Positions 37,438 through 49,329 of a stretch of 64,000 nt of DNA are shown one piece after another. Every line of letters begins with the position of its first letter. Within the stretch, counting starts at the first letter, position 1. Source of the DNA: Mobula hypostoma (lineage: Eukaryota); assembly GCF_963921235.1 (NCBI RefSeq), contig NC_086097.1, forward strand, positions 171,122,001-171,186,000, written 5' to 3'. The notes under the pieces were generated by a model. That model did no database searches. It was not told where the DNA came from and saw only the letters and a program-made list of their open reading frames with translations. Made by a program: the position numbers and the translations under genes.

Positions 37438-38399
37438 CACCTCTTCCTAGAGATGCTGCCTGGCCTGCTGCGTTCACCAGCAACTTTTATGTGTGTTGCT
37501 TGAAATTCCAGCATCTGCAGATTTCCTCGTGTTCAAGTTCATAATGAGGTAGGTTGTAGGGTCAAGAGTGCATCTTATCATATTAGGGAACTATTCTATT
37601 GTTTTGTAACATATAAATTGATAAACTGGTAAACTGGCTTATTAGCATCACATGTACCAAGGTATACAGAAAATCTTGCCTTTTGCACTGTCTATACAGC
37701 TCAATGCATTACCACAGGACAATGAGGTAATAACAGAGAGCAGAAAAATGTTTTATGGTTACAGAGAAAGTACAGTGCAGTTAGAAAATAAGGATCAAGA
37801 TCATAACATAAGTAGTAAGAGAGTGCATCTGATCATACATAAGATGAACCCAGTATTCATATATAAGATATATTTTATTTTAAATTTTTTTAATCCTTAA
37901 GGAAGGCAAAATCAAGGTGGCAAAGACTTCCAAAAATCAATATACGTTTGTTTTTAAACAGCAGCAAATCCAGTCTCCCCCGCTGCTCCCCTCGTTCTGC
38001 TTCACAACCATTCATGTTGTCATCAGTCAATGAAGTGTTGACTGACAGATGGTTCTGACTCGGCTAAAAGCCTTGGGAAGACAGCATGGATCTGTAGTTC
38101 ACAGGATGCCTAGGGAGAGTTTTAGTTTTTTTTTCTTTTCACACCTGCCAGTTGGACATGAAAGCATTTTTTATGTAGCAGCTATTTCATAGGAGATTTA
38201 TATTTCCTTGTTATAATAAACACCAAGTAATCCTATCTCTGAAAGTATGAATTAGGACCAAGAGAAGACTACTCAGCTTCTCAAGCCTGCCCTTGTGTGT
38301 TTTAAGACCATGGCTGATCTGACTGTAACCAGAACTCCGAGCTTCTGTCAGCCTGCAGTAACCTCTCGTCCCTCATTCATCATGAGTTTTTCCAACACC

Positions 38400-38860
38400 T
38401 GAGGACTTCAGGAGGTGAGTTATAGAGAAAGGTTGAATAGGTTAGGACATTATTCCCTGGAGTACAGGAGAATGGCGGGGGTTGATCATAAAGAGGTATA
38501 CCAAATTATGAGACTATAGCTAGGATGAATGCTTGCAGGCTTTTTCCCTTCAGGTAGAGTGAGACTAGAATTAGAGATCATAGGTTTAGAGTGAATGGTG
38601 AAATATTTAAAGGGAACATGAGGGGGAACTTCCTCACTTGGAGGGTTGTGTGAGTGTGCAACAAGCTGCCAGTGGATGTGGTAGATGCAGGCTTGATTGT
38701 TATGTATAAGAGATGTTTGGATAGATACATTGTTGAGGGAGGTATAGAGGGCCATGGTCTGCATGCAGGTAGATGGGACTAGGCAAAAAACCAGGCTTGG
38801 CATGGACCAGATGGGCTGAATTCCCTGATTCTGTGCTGTGGTGCTCTATGACTTTATGAT
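38400..38860 (+). mobile_element. CR1 3' fragment
   Basis: SYRERLNRLG.YSLE remnant and CR1 3'UTR with (CTATGA) tail. Confidence 0.8.
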
Positions 38861-39544
38861 TCTATATCTCAATTTTAAATTAATCCAAGATTCAGCTTGC
38901 ACTATCAATGGAACATGGGAGTTCCAAAGAATTTCTGAGAGAGAAGAAACTATTACCTTATCTTTCTTAAGTGGGCAAATCTTTATTTTTAGAGAGTTCT
39001 GGATTCTCTCACAAAAGGAAACATCTTCTCATCACCCACCCTGTCAAAATCTCTTAGGATCTTAATATACCAGAAAATGAGCTGCTGGAGGAACTTCAGT
39101 GGGCAGGGAACATTGGGAAAGGGCCGTCGGCATTTCATATCAAGACATATTGGCTATGTCCAGTTAACTGTCTATTTCCCCCCACAGGTGCTGCCTGACC
39201 CACTAAGTTCCACCAATATTCCTTTTATTTGCTACAGGTTCCAGCTTCTGCAGTCTCTTATGCCTTCTGAATGCTATATGTTTATACTTGATCTCCTCGC
39301 AATCTTCTGAACTCCAATATATATACAAACATGGTGTGTCCTACCTTCTGACATATGATAAGCTATCTATTCCTGTATTAGTTATTTCTGGACTGCTTCC
39401 AAGGCATTAATATCCTCTTATTAGTAAAGAGATCCACATTGTGCATGTTTCTCCAGCTGTGGTCTCACCTGAAGCATATTATCCCCTCATTTTGTTCAGT
39501 TTCCTTCTGTTAGTTTTCATAATTAGTTGCTGTAAAAGTGTATG

Positions 39545-40035
39545 AGAATCAGAATTAGATTTATTATCACTAACTTTGATGTGAAGTTTGTTGTTATATG
39601 GCAGTACTACAGTGCAAAAACAAAATCTTGCTATAAATTAAAATCGTGCAAATGAAAAGGAATTAAAAGATGGTGGTCATGGTTTCATGAACTGTTCAGA
39701 AATCTGATGGTGAAGGGGAAGAAACTGTTTATGAATCATTGAGTTTAGGTCTTCAGGCTCCTGTACTTCCTCTCCAATAGTAGCTATGAGAAGACAGCAT
39801 GTCCTGGATGGCAAGGACACTTCTAGATTGATGCAGCCTTCCTGAGGCACCACCTCTTGAAGATGGTCTCAATGGTGGAGATCTGGCTGAGTCTGCAGCT
39901 GTCAGCAGCCTGTTGTGCACTGGAGCTTCCATATCAGGCTGTGATGCAACCAGTCAGAATTCCCTTCTCCAAGTACAGCTACAGAAATTTATAGCAGTCT
40001 TTCATGACATACCAAATCTCCTCAAACTCATAATG
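39545..40035 (-). mobile_element. Rex1/Babar 3' fragment
   Basis: Antisense to 18270-18565 (CATCCAGGACATGC, GGAAGTACAGG, AACAGTTTCTTCCC). Confidence 0.75.
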
Positions 40036-42499
40036 GAGTGTAAGTTTACTCCTTAAAAGAAATAGAAATCAAATAGTTTTGTGTGGAGTGTTGAACTACT
40101 ATAGTCTTGGAGTTGGACACAACCAATTTTCCTGCAATCTAGGCAAGATATTAAGTTTAGTGAACCTCAGTTCACTCAAAGGATCACCAGTGAGATTGCA
40201 TATGATCAGGGAAATAGAGAACTTCCTTCTTTCACTTAGGCCATTTAGGTGTCCAGACCATCAAAGGCATTAGGTGAATAAAAAGTTTAAGTAGACAATG
40301 TTCTAGCATCATTCAGTGTCAGGGAGCACCTCTCTCTGCCCACATTCAGAAATTCTGATGTTGCTACTGATTGTCAAATACCCTCACCGTGTAATGGTAT
40401 CTTCACAGATAGCAATTCTGTTAATCCCTCTGTGGTTTTGGATGCTTAATCAGAATGTATTTGGGAAGGAAGCAGAAAGGATGATAGGAGGAAAGAAGGA
40501 ATTGAACTAGAGTGGGGGAGAGAGAGTGAAGGAAAGTGAAAAAGAAAAAAGGCAAAAAAGAGTGAAAGAGAAAATGAAAGTAGGTAAGGGGGAAAGGCAC
40601 CAAATTTTATCATTTATTCAAGTAGCTGGAACCAACAGAAAAAGATAATATGGCTTCATTCTGTACAATCTACCTCTTCATGATACCACCTGTACTTCCT
40701 GCACTGTATTTTCTTTGCAGATGTTACACTTTATTCTGCATTCTGTTACTGAGTTACCTTGTTCTACCTCAATACACTGTGTAATGAATTGATCTGTATG
40801 AACAATATGCAAGACAATTTTTTTCACTGTACCTTGGTACATGTGACAATAATAAACCAATTGCAATTTCAGTCCTATAACGAGTGTTATTCATGTAATG
40901 CTCCTGCATAGTACAGTCCTCACAACTGAAGTACTGACTCAGTGACACCTTCACAAGGAAATCCTCATGGAAAATCCACTGGAAAACAGCATTGATGTTG
41001 CTAGAAGCAAACAATATCCCTTGCTCAGAGAGAAGTCATTTGACCCATCAAGTCCATGCCAGCATTTAATTTTCAGAGAATGCCCTTGCTCAAACATCTA
41101 TCTTCACTCAGATTAAACTTTGTTTACTCCCTGCCTGCTTATTTTATGACATTGATCTTGATTTGGCAGGACAGGTGAGAGCCATGTTATGACTGGGTAA
41201 TGGAATTTTGCCCTCACCAAGTTCTCTAATCGCCTCCCTACAAATTCACTCTCATGGAAGTTGTGTGAAGTAGTAAATAAATAAAAACAAGATTTACTTT
41301 TTTCAATTGGTGTTTCTTGACATTTGAACAGCTGATGTGGATTTGTGATATGGAAAATTGTGAAGCACTCTATGCTCAGAGAATGCCATTCACCACTCTG
41401 GAGCTTGGGTCATCTGTAATGTTAAATATTTGGCAATTTAAAAACATTGATGATTGAAAGAGTAACATCACTGAGAAAAGATTCTTCCTCTGTTCACTGT
41501 GAAAGGGTACTAGGCTGGCTGCACAGTCAACTTCTTCCAAGTCAGAGAGACCTCTATCTCCATGTAGGGACTTTTCCCACAGAACTTTCTATCTTGAAGT
41601 GTTGCCTGTAGGAGAGAGTCTCACAGGATTAGTTTTGTCCAAATGCAGGAACAAAGTCTTCACACTTGTGACCTCTAATGCTAATCAAGGAAGCATCCAG
41701 CCTCCAGCTCAAATGAGTCAAAGCTTCGCTGGATGAAAGAACAGTGTTCACTTTCAAGTCGAGTCAACTTTAGCCTTTTGTCTTCGGCATGAGAGATAGA
41801 GAATTAATGCTCAGACTACAAACAAGCTGCTACTCTTTCATTTACAATTGCACCAAAATATAATTCCAAGACCATTTTCATAAGGAAGAGTAAGAGATTT
41901 CTTCCTGTTACTTACCTAAGGTCTATTCCTTCAATTACCATCAATAAATCTAGTCCTCAGCTGGCTTAATAGAGGTGGATAAAAACATGAGGAGCTTTAA
42001 TGGGATAACATGCTCAGATTTTTTCCCAGGTGTAGTGAAAAAATGTCAGCGGGCATTAGTTTAAGACGAGAAGGGAAAGGTTCAAAGGGGACCCGAGGGC
42101 AACTTCTTCACACCAATGGTGGTAAGCTCTTAGAGGAAATGATTGAGGGAGGTGCATTAACAACATTTAAAAAGTCAGACAGGTGAATGGATTGGAAAGG
42201 TAGAGAGGGATATGGGCCAAATATGGGCAGTTGAGGTGAGCTTAAATGGGAATCTTGGTCAACATGGATCAGTTGGGTTGAAAGGCCTCTTTCTGTGTTG
42301 TATGACTCTATGACTTGGTCATCACATTGCTGTGTGGAAATTGACTGAGTCATCTCACGCAAGTACTTTGCAGTTCTAATGCACTCTTATCTTACCAGCT
42401 ACCTCACTCTAAGGATCATTTACCTTAATGCTGTGTTGACGGAAGCTCACATTGCCTTTTCCAGCAGAGAGTTCCAGACCTTCCCTGTCATCTGGGAAT

Positions 42500-42930
42500 T
42501 CTGACATGCCAGGCCATGGCCTCTTCTACTGCCATGATGAGCCACACTCAGATTAGAGGAGCAACACCTTATATCCTGTTTGAGTAGCCTCCAACCTGAT
42601 GGCATAAACAGGGGATTGCCCCCCTTCACTATTCCCCATTCTCATTTCCCTCTCTCACCTTCTCTTCTTACTTACCCATTATCTCCCTTCCTCTGGTGCT
42701 CCTCCCACTTCCCTTTCTTCCATGGTCTTACTTCAGCCCCTACTCATCTCCTGGTTTCACCTATCACTTGCTGTTTTGCACTTCTCCCTTCCCTCCCCCA
42801 CCTTCTTACTCTGATGTATCCCCTTCCTTTTCAGTCCTGATAAAGGAACTTGGCCTGAAACGCTGACTGTACTCTTTTCCATAGATGCTGCCTGGTCTGC
42901 TAAGCTCCTCCAGCATTTTATGTCTGTTGC
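42500..42930 (+). mobile_element. Penelope-like 3' fragment with hammerhead relic
   Basis: LRLEEQHLISCLSSLQPDGIN; C/T-rich UTR; CAGTC-CTGATAA-..-GAAA-CGCT-GACTG at 42832-42869. Confidence 0.8.
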
Positions 42931-43491
42931 TCTCCACATCCACTCTCTCCAGGCCTTTAACTGTGGTTTGAAACAATCAGTAAAATGTGAGCATTATTCA
43001 AGAGATCACTTTAGTCTGAAAGGCAAATTTGGCAACCAGTGTTCAATTAAACTTGAATGTGTCTTGAAATGCTCATTAGAAACTTGGAACTATAGTGCCT
43101 AAAAGCTGGCTGGATGTAATTTTCATGTGTGAGCTTCACTTCCTCTGAGGGTTGGCACACAGCTGCCATCTTACAAGGCTCAGCAGCTAAAGCATAGGGC
43201 ATACAGGTCGCTGGATAGTTTGTGGAGTGCAATGAAGGACACCCAGAGGAAGCAGGAGGTCCTGTGGCTACAGAAGAGGAGAACACAACCTTATCCACCC
43301 CTCCTTTGCTCTAATCTTTCTCTATCTGGTTTTCTGTCTTCCTTCCATTCCTCTGGATAACTGGGTGGCAAATTTGGGTAGTTTGAGGCCAAAGGCTCAC
43401 AGAGTCAAAGGCCAGGGTTTGATCCTCACTTTGACTGCTGCCTCTTGTGGAGTTTGCATGTTCTCCCTTTGACTGTGTGGGTGGTCCGGTC

Positions 43492-45136
43492 TCATAGAAC
43501 AGTGAGGCACAGTAACAGGCCCTTCGGCCCACAATGTTGTGCTGAACCAATTGGATTAGCAATCAAATGGCTAACTAAACTAATCTGTTCTGCCTACAGA
43601 ATATCCGTATCCTTCCATTTTATTCACATTCACGTGCCTATCCAACCGTTTCTTGAAAGTCTCTAATGCTTCTGCCTCTATCAACACCCCAGCCAGCACA
43701 TTCTAGGCACCCACCATTCTGTGTAAAAAAAAACTAGCCCCTCACATCACCCTTGCAAAGTTATATTGCCTGTCTACTTTATATATGCCTCTTGTAATCT
43801 TATAAATCGCTATCGAATCTCCCTGCAGCCTTCACTGCTCCAGAGGAAACAGCCCAAGTTTGTCCAACCTCTCCTTGTAGCACGTGCCTTCTAATCCAGG
43901 CAGCATCTTGATAAATATCTTCTGAATTCTCTCCAAAGCCTTGACATACTTCCTATAATGGGATGATCAGAACTGTATGCAATACTCCAGATGTGGGCTA
44001 ACTAGAGTTTTATAAGGTTGCAACATAACTTCATGACCTTTCAACTAAGTGCCTCGACTGATAAAGGCAAGCATGCTATATTATCTTCTTAGCCATGCTT
44101 TCAGGGAGTTCTGAACTTGGATCTAAAGATCCCTCTGCTTATCAACACTGTTAGGGTTCTTGCCCTTAACGGTTTACTAACTCTTTACATTTGATCTGAC
44201 AATGTGCAACACTTCACATTTGCTTGGGTTAAACTCCATCTGCCATTTCCCAGCCCATATCTGCAACTGATCTATATCCCGCTGTGTTCTTTGTCAGCCA
44301 TCTACAATATCCACATCACCACCGATCTTTGTATCATCTGAAAACTTACCAACCCACCCATCTACTGTACATTTTCATCCGGGTCATTTCTATAAATCAC
44401 AAATAGAAAAGGTCCCAGTACATATCCCCAAGGATCACTACTAATCACAGGCCTCTAGTGAGAATAAGTCCCTTCAACCACTACCCTCTGCTTTCTACTA
44501 GCAAGCCAGTTCTAAATTCAAACAGCAATTCACCATGGATCCCATGCATCTTAATCTTCTTGCTAAGCCTCCCATGAGGGTTATTGTCAAATATCTTACT
44601 AAGATCCATGTGAACAACATCCACAGCTCTACCTTCATCAATCACGCTTTTCACCTCATCAAAAAACTTAAGTTAGTATGACACGACTTGCCTCACACAA
44701 AGCCATTCTCTCTCTAATTAGGCCTTAGTTTTCCAAATGCTCATAAATCCTATTCCTATGAATTCTCTCCAATAACTTCCCTACTACTGACATGAGACTC
44801 GCCGGTCTATAGTTTCCAAGATTATCCCTGATTCCCTTCTTGAACAGTGGAACAACATTAGCTACTCACCCATCCTCTGGGACCTCGCCTGTATCTAGAC
44901 AGGACACAAAGATATTGGTCAAGCACTAACAAACTTCTCTTGCCTCTGTCAACAACCTGGGGTACATCTCATCTGGCCTGGGGACTTACCCACCTTAATT
45001 CTCTTTAAGAGACCCAACACTAGCTGTACCTTTATCTTGAAATGCCTTAGCATTTCAATACACTCACACTGATCTCCCTGTCCTCCATGCCCTTCTCCTT
45101 TGTAAATGCTGATGTAAAGTACTTATTAAGTACTCT
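43492..45136 (-). mobile_element. CR1 LINE RT + 3'UTR, decayed
   Basis: Antisense RT motifs: TATAGACCGGCGAGTCTC (YRP.SL) and TCAGATGATACAAAGATCGGTGGT (DDTKIGG). Confidence 0.85.
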
Positions 45137-45142
45137 GTATCC

Positions 45143-45468
45143 TATGTTGGGAGTGTCTAAGACCTGAGGATACAGCCTCAGTATAGAGGGGCATCCTTTT
45201 AGAGTGGAGATGAGGATTAATTTCTTTAGCCAGAGAATAGTGAATCTATGGAATTCATTGGCCCAGGCAGCTGTGGAGGCTAAGTCATCATGTACATTTA
45301 AGGCACAGGTTGATAGAATCTTGATTGTTCAGTGATGAAGGGATATGGGGGGAATAGGCAGAAGTTTGGGGCTGGGAGGAAAAATAGATCAGCCATGATG
45401 AAATTGTGGAGCAGACTCAAAGGGACAAATGGCCTATATCAAATGCTCCTATATCTTATGGTCTTATG
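45143..45468 (+). mobile_element. CR1 3' tip nested in older CR1
   Basis: (TCTTATGG) tail; 6-bp TSD GTATCC at 45137-45142 and 45469-45474. Confidence 0.8.
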
Positions 45469-45683
45469 GTATCCAAGCAAATGATCCCTCCACAAATGTC
45501 TCCTCATATATTCCCAAGTCACAGATTACTCACTATGGATTCCCCTAGTGAAGGTGAGTGGCGGCCTCTGAGGAGGAATTGATGGGAATGTGATGACAAT
45601 TAACAAAAAAATGTGAATAATGTCAGATTAAAGGTTGATAGGCCAAAGGGCCTGTTTCTGTGCTGTATCTCTTCATAGATCTA

Positions 45684-46492
45684 TGAAACCTCTATTTTAC
45701 TGGAGTCTCTAGAGATGCAGCTCGTTAGCTCTTTGCTAATGGCCATCAGACTCAGAGGTGAGAAAACCACCCTTTTCAGACTCCGTGTGTCCAGGGTCGA
45801 TATGACTTGGTCCCAACAAGTGCGGAAGTTGGGATATCCTACCCACCCAAACCCCAATCTGTGTGAATACTGTGTAACTACTGCCCCCTTGTACTTCCTG
45901 TCAGCAAGGAATAACAGACTGTATGCTGCATACAATTAAAAAGTAAGTATCCCTAGAAATGTCGGCTTTAGCGAACAGTTAGTAAGAAAAATAAAATAAA
46001 ATAAAAAAGGCTCAATACAGTTAACCCAGTCCAAATGTACACACAAGTGGGAGCTCATCTTGAAGTTGGACCCACTGTCTGCATGAAAGCACACTCCACC
46101 TTCCAAGTGTCACTTGAAATCCACCAAGAACAAATGGGCTCCCCCACAGGAGTACTGGTCCTTCCTCTGTGAAGCCATTCATCTGCACCAAGCACCTTGT
46201 GCAACGGGAAGGGCATCATCAGCTATCTTCATTCCTGTCTCCTCCCAGCTCCCACCAAAAAGACCTTGATCTGCACTAGTGTCCATCACAAAAACCTCGC
46301 AGTCCAGGGATTCTCTAGAACCTTCTCCCAATGCCACCATCATGATTGACCAACATTCCTAAGTTGAACAACGTAGTTCCTTACCTTTAGCTCAAACTCA
46401 AACTTGCTAAAAGCAGAACAGACTGTTCTTACAGAGCTGCTACAATGAAATACCTACAGCAGAGTAGTAAAAGTCTTAGGCAGGGCGTTATA
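45684..46492. mobile_element. Second solo LTR (809 bp), older
   Basis: Termini TGAAAC...GTTATA, each one change from TGTAAC...GTTACA. TSD TCTA at 45680-45683 and 46493-46496. Confidence 0.65.
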
Positions 46493-49329
46493 TCTATAGC
46501 CAGGAAGAAAATTCTCTGCATTCCCTCTCCCTAATTACTCCTATAAGAAGCCCAATTAGCAGGAGTCACACAGCTCTTAGTCTTTTCAACGTTGTCAGGA
46601 GATCTTTAAGAAATATTCCAAATTGGTGGATCTCTCAGCAACTTGCTTCCAATGATTTCTTCAGTACTCCAGCAAAAACATGTGACAAAAGGATGTTTAT
46701 TCTGTTTCTCATACCACAGGTCCCGCCTGACCAATTGATGCCTTCTAGCATTTTCTGTCTTTATTTCAGATTTCTGGTACTTGCAATTTTTTTTGAATTT
46801 CAATGACCATCAAAAGTTGAAAATGAAATTCAAGCCTTCATTTACCAGCAGGCAGAAAGTACAGTTGCCAGAAGCCCCACAACACTAGGCTCTAGAACAG
46901 CTACTTCCGTTCAGTCATTCTGTATTTGAATCAACTAGCTCAGCCCTAATCATTACCTCAGTATAGAAGCACGCTGACCATTTTGCTCTATAACAGACCT
47001 TTTTTGTTCTAACGATATTTTTTCTTGTATAATTTTTTTTAATCTTACATATCTCATGCAAGTGCTGTCTCGAATGCTATTTGCTCGTGATGCTGCTGCA
47101 AACACTTGATTGCACCTGCACATACGTGTACTTATGCATATGATAATAAATTTAACTTTGATCTAAACATACATTAATGAATATCAAGATTACCTATATC
47201 TCCATTTCTCAAGTAATTAATTCTGTCTGAATTTAATATTTCATTAGTTAATTGTTGACATTCTAATTAAGTATCTACAGTATCAAATGCTTTATAAAAA
47301 GAGCTGCAATCAATTAATTAATCAATTTCTGCTTAGGCATCAACATTTTTCCACCAAGATGTTCATAATTTGCTCTAAGTGAGGGATATCAGCATTATTT
47401 TGTTCTTAGTCAAGGTGTTGATGTTAGCAGAGACTGCTGATTAAAACAATAATCTCCGGAATTCCTCCTCACTACACAAGTGAGCTCTAACTGTCTTATA
47501 ACCATCCTTGGGGAGCAGTTCCCAAAACTGGCTCCAACCCTCCTGCCAAGGTAATGCCCAATCCTAAATGTGTCAAAACTGAAACAAAAACTGCAAATGC
47601 TAGAAATCTGAAATAATAATCATCTGGTCTGATCTTCCTCAATAACATAGATTCCCTTTATTCCACCCATTTCCCTTCCCACCTTCTCACTTCCTATTTT
47701 CTGTCTTCTATTTGCTGCTCTCTTTTTCAGTCCAGATGAAGTGTCCTGGACCAGAAGTGTCAATTGCATTTCTTTCCACAGATGCTATAGGACCTATGGA
47801 GTTCTTACAACATTTTTTATCTTTTTATTCATTCTAAGGGCTTGTCTGATGACTTTTAGCAGTGAAAGCATATGGGAAAGTTGATCCTTTGTTTTTTGGG
47901 CCGCTGTAATTTTACCAACATTAAAAAAAACACAATCATAACCAATAAACAGGAATTCACATTGCAAATATCCATAGGTCAAAATAACATAATGTATTAT
48001 AAATTTCCAGCTGTCTAAAGCTAACATAATTGCTGCAAATAGACTTGTTGAACTGTCTATTAAATTTTTGCACATACACTGAAACTGCATGAAAGAACCA
48101 TGAAGTACAATGAGTTTCATTCTTTTTGATACCAGCAAGCTCCTCAGCAGAATCTGAGAAAGTAGTTTCTTTTGCTGCTGATAATCAGCCACAATACAGC
48201 TCTTATCCTGTCCCTTTTCCAAGGCCAATGGTACTTTGATCTCTGGTGTTTGAAGTGACAATTCTCAACAAGGAGAAGCTAATATCCATTAGCTCTGAGC
48301 ACAATAGGAGAGTCTATCTGCTTCTCCAATGAAATTGGGCAGAGAAGGGCTTCCCCAGGGCAACGGTGAAAGGTTACTATCAGAAGTTGTAAGTAAGTCA
48401 CAATTGCTTCCTTCACTGTCAGAGACCCGTCTCACCTCACTCGCTGGTGAATGACAGCCTCATAAATAAGGGGAAGACATACATAAACAGCTTCTAATCC
48501 AGCGAATACATCAGGGACCAAACTTCAGTGTAGTAAATGGGAGCAAGCCTGAGTGTGAAAGGATCACAGGGTGCATTGTGCATTGTGCTGCATACGTTCT
48601 GAAAGCCTGTGAAAGAGTATCATCTTCAAAGTTCTCTTACCCAGTTGATTTGGATCAAAATGACAAAAAGCTCTCGGAAGAATGAAATTAACACAATTAG
48701 CTTCCAAGTCTGATTGTGTAGTGTAACGCCCAGCAGTTATAATTTTTGTTCTGTAAAAATCTATTTTAATATTCCTCACATTCTGCCAATTACGTTGATG
48801 AAAAGATGATAATGGTGACATAGTTTGTACATCTTTATCAAAGCACCAGTTAATAATATTGATAGCAGCTTATTTATAAAATACTTGATATTATGTGAAA
48901 TTTATTCAGCTTTACATGTAACACAATTAATTTTTGAGGTTATATTATTTGAACACCAGAGACACAGACACTTTCAATGTCATATTAGGTGTGTAGGTAT
49001 AAGAAAACATTAAAATTGATAAATCATTTCTCAGCTAACTTTAAAAGATATGATTTCATAAGAAAATACACCAACAAGGAATAGATTGATTGTTTACTCA
49101 TCCTTCCATTTTTCTGACTATTATTAGTACCAATTCTAATTAATACACTCTAAAGGTTCACACTGGGTCGCAGACCAGAAACTGATTTTCTTAGATGATT
49201 GCTTTAATTAGCTCTGAATCTCATAAAGCAAGATAAAAATTTACCAGATGATCCACCAGTCATTAGCACATAAGGTTTCAGCTTTCATGCTACTCCTATT
49301 TAATTGCAAAACTATCCTACGAGTAGAGG

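Larger units (their letters stand above)
36943..37535. mobile_element. Fold-back (inverted) Penelope-like insertion with 13-bp TSD
   Basis: Arms ~36943-37181 and ~37269-37500 are reverse complements. TSD AGTTCATAATGAG at 36930-36942 and 37536-37548; inserted in a Rex1 3'UTR. Confidence 0.9.
43363..45680 (+). mobile_element. HE1-like V-SINE split (43363-43485, ~45500-45680) by nested CR1s
   Basis: Head and V-domain GGTTTGATCC..TGTGGAGTTTGCATGTTCTCCC; tail GGGCCTGTTTCTGTGCTGTATCTCT. Confidence 0.7.

Noticed and set aside
41910..41990. Minus-strand TAG|GTAAGT donor with short candidate exon
   Set aside because: Stops in all three frames.
47794..48261. 155-aa minus-strand ORF in unique DNA
   Set aside because: No recognisable domain and no convincing splice signals; compatible with chance.
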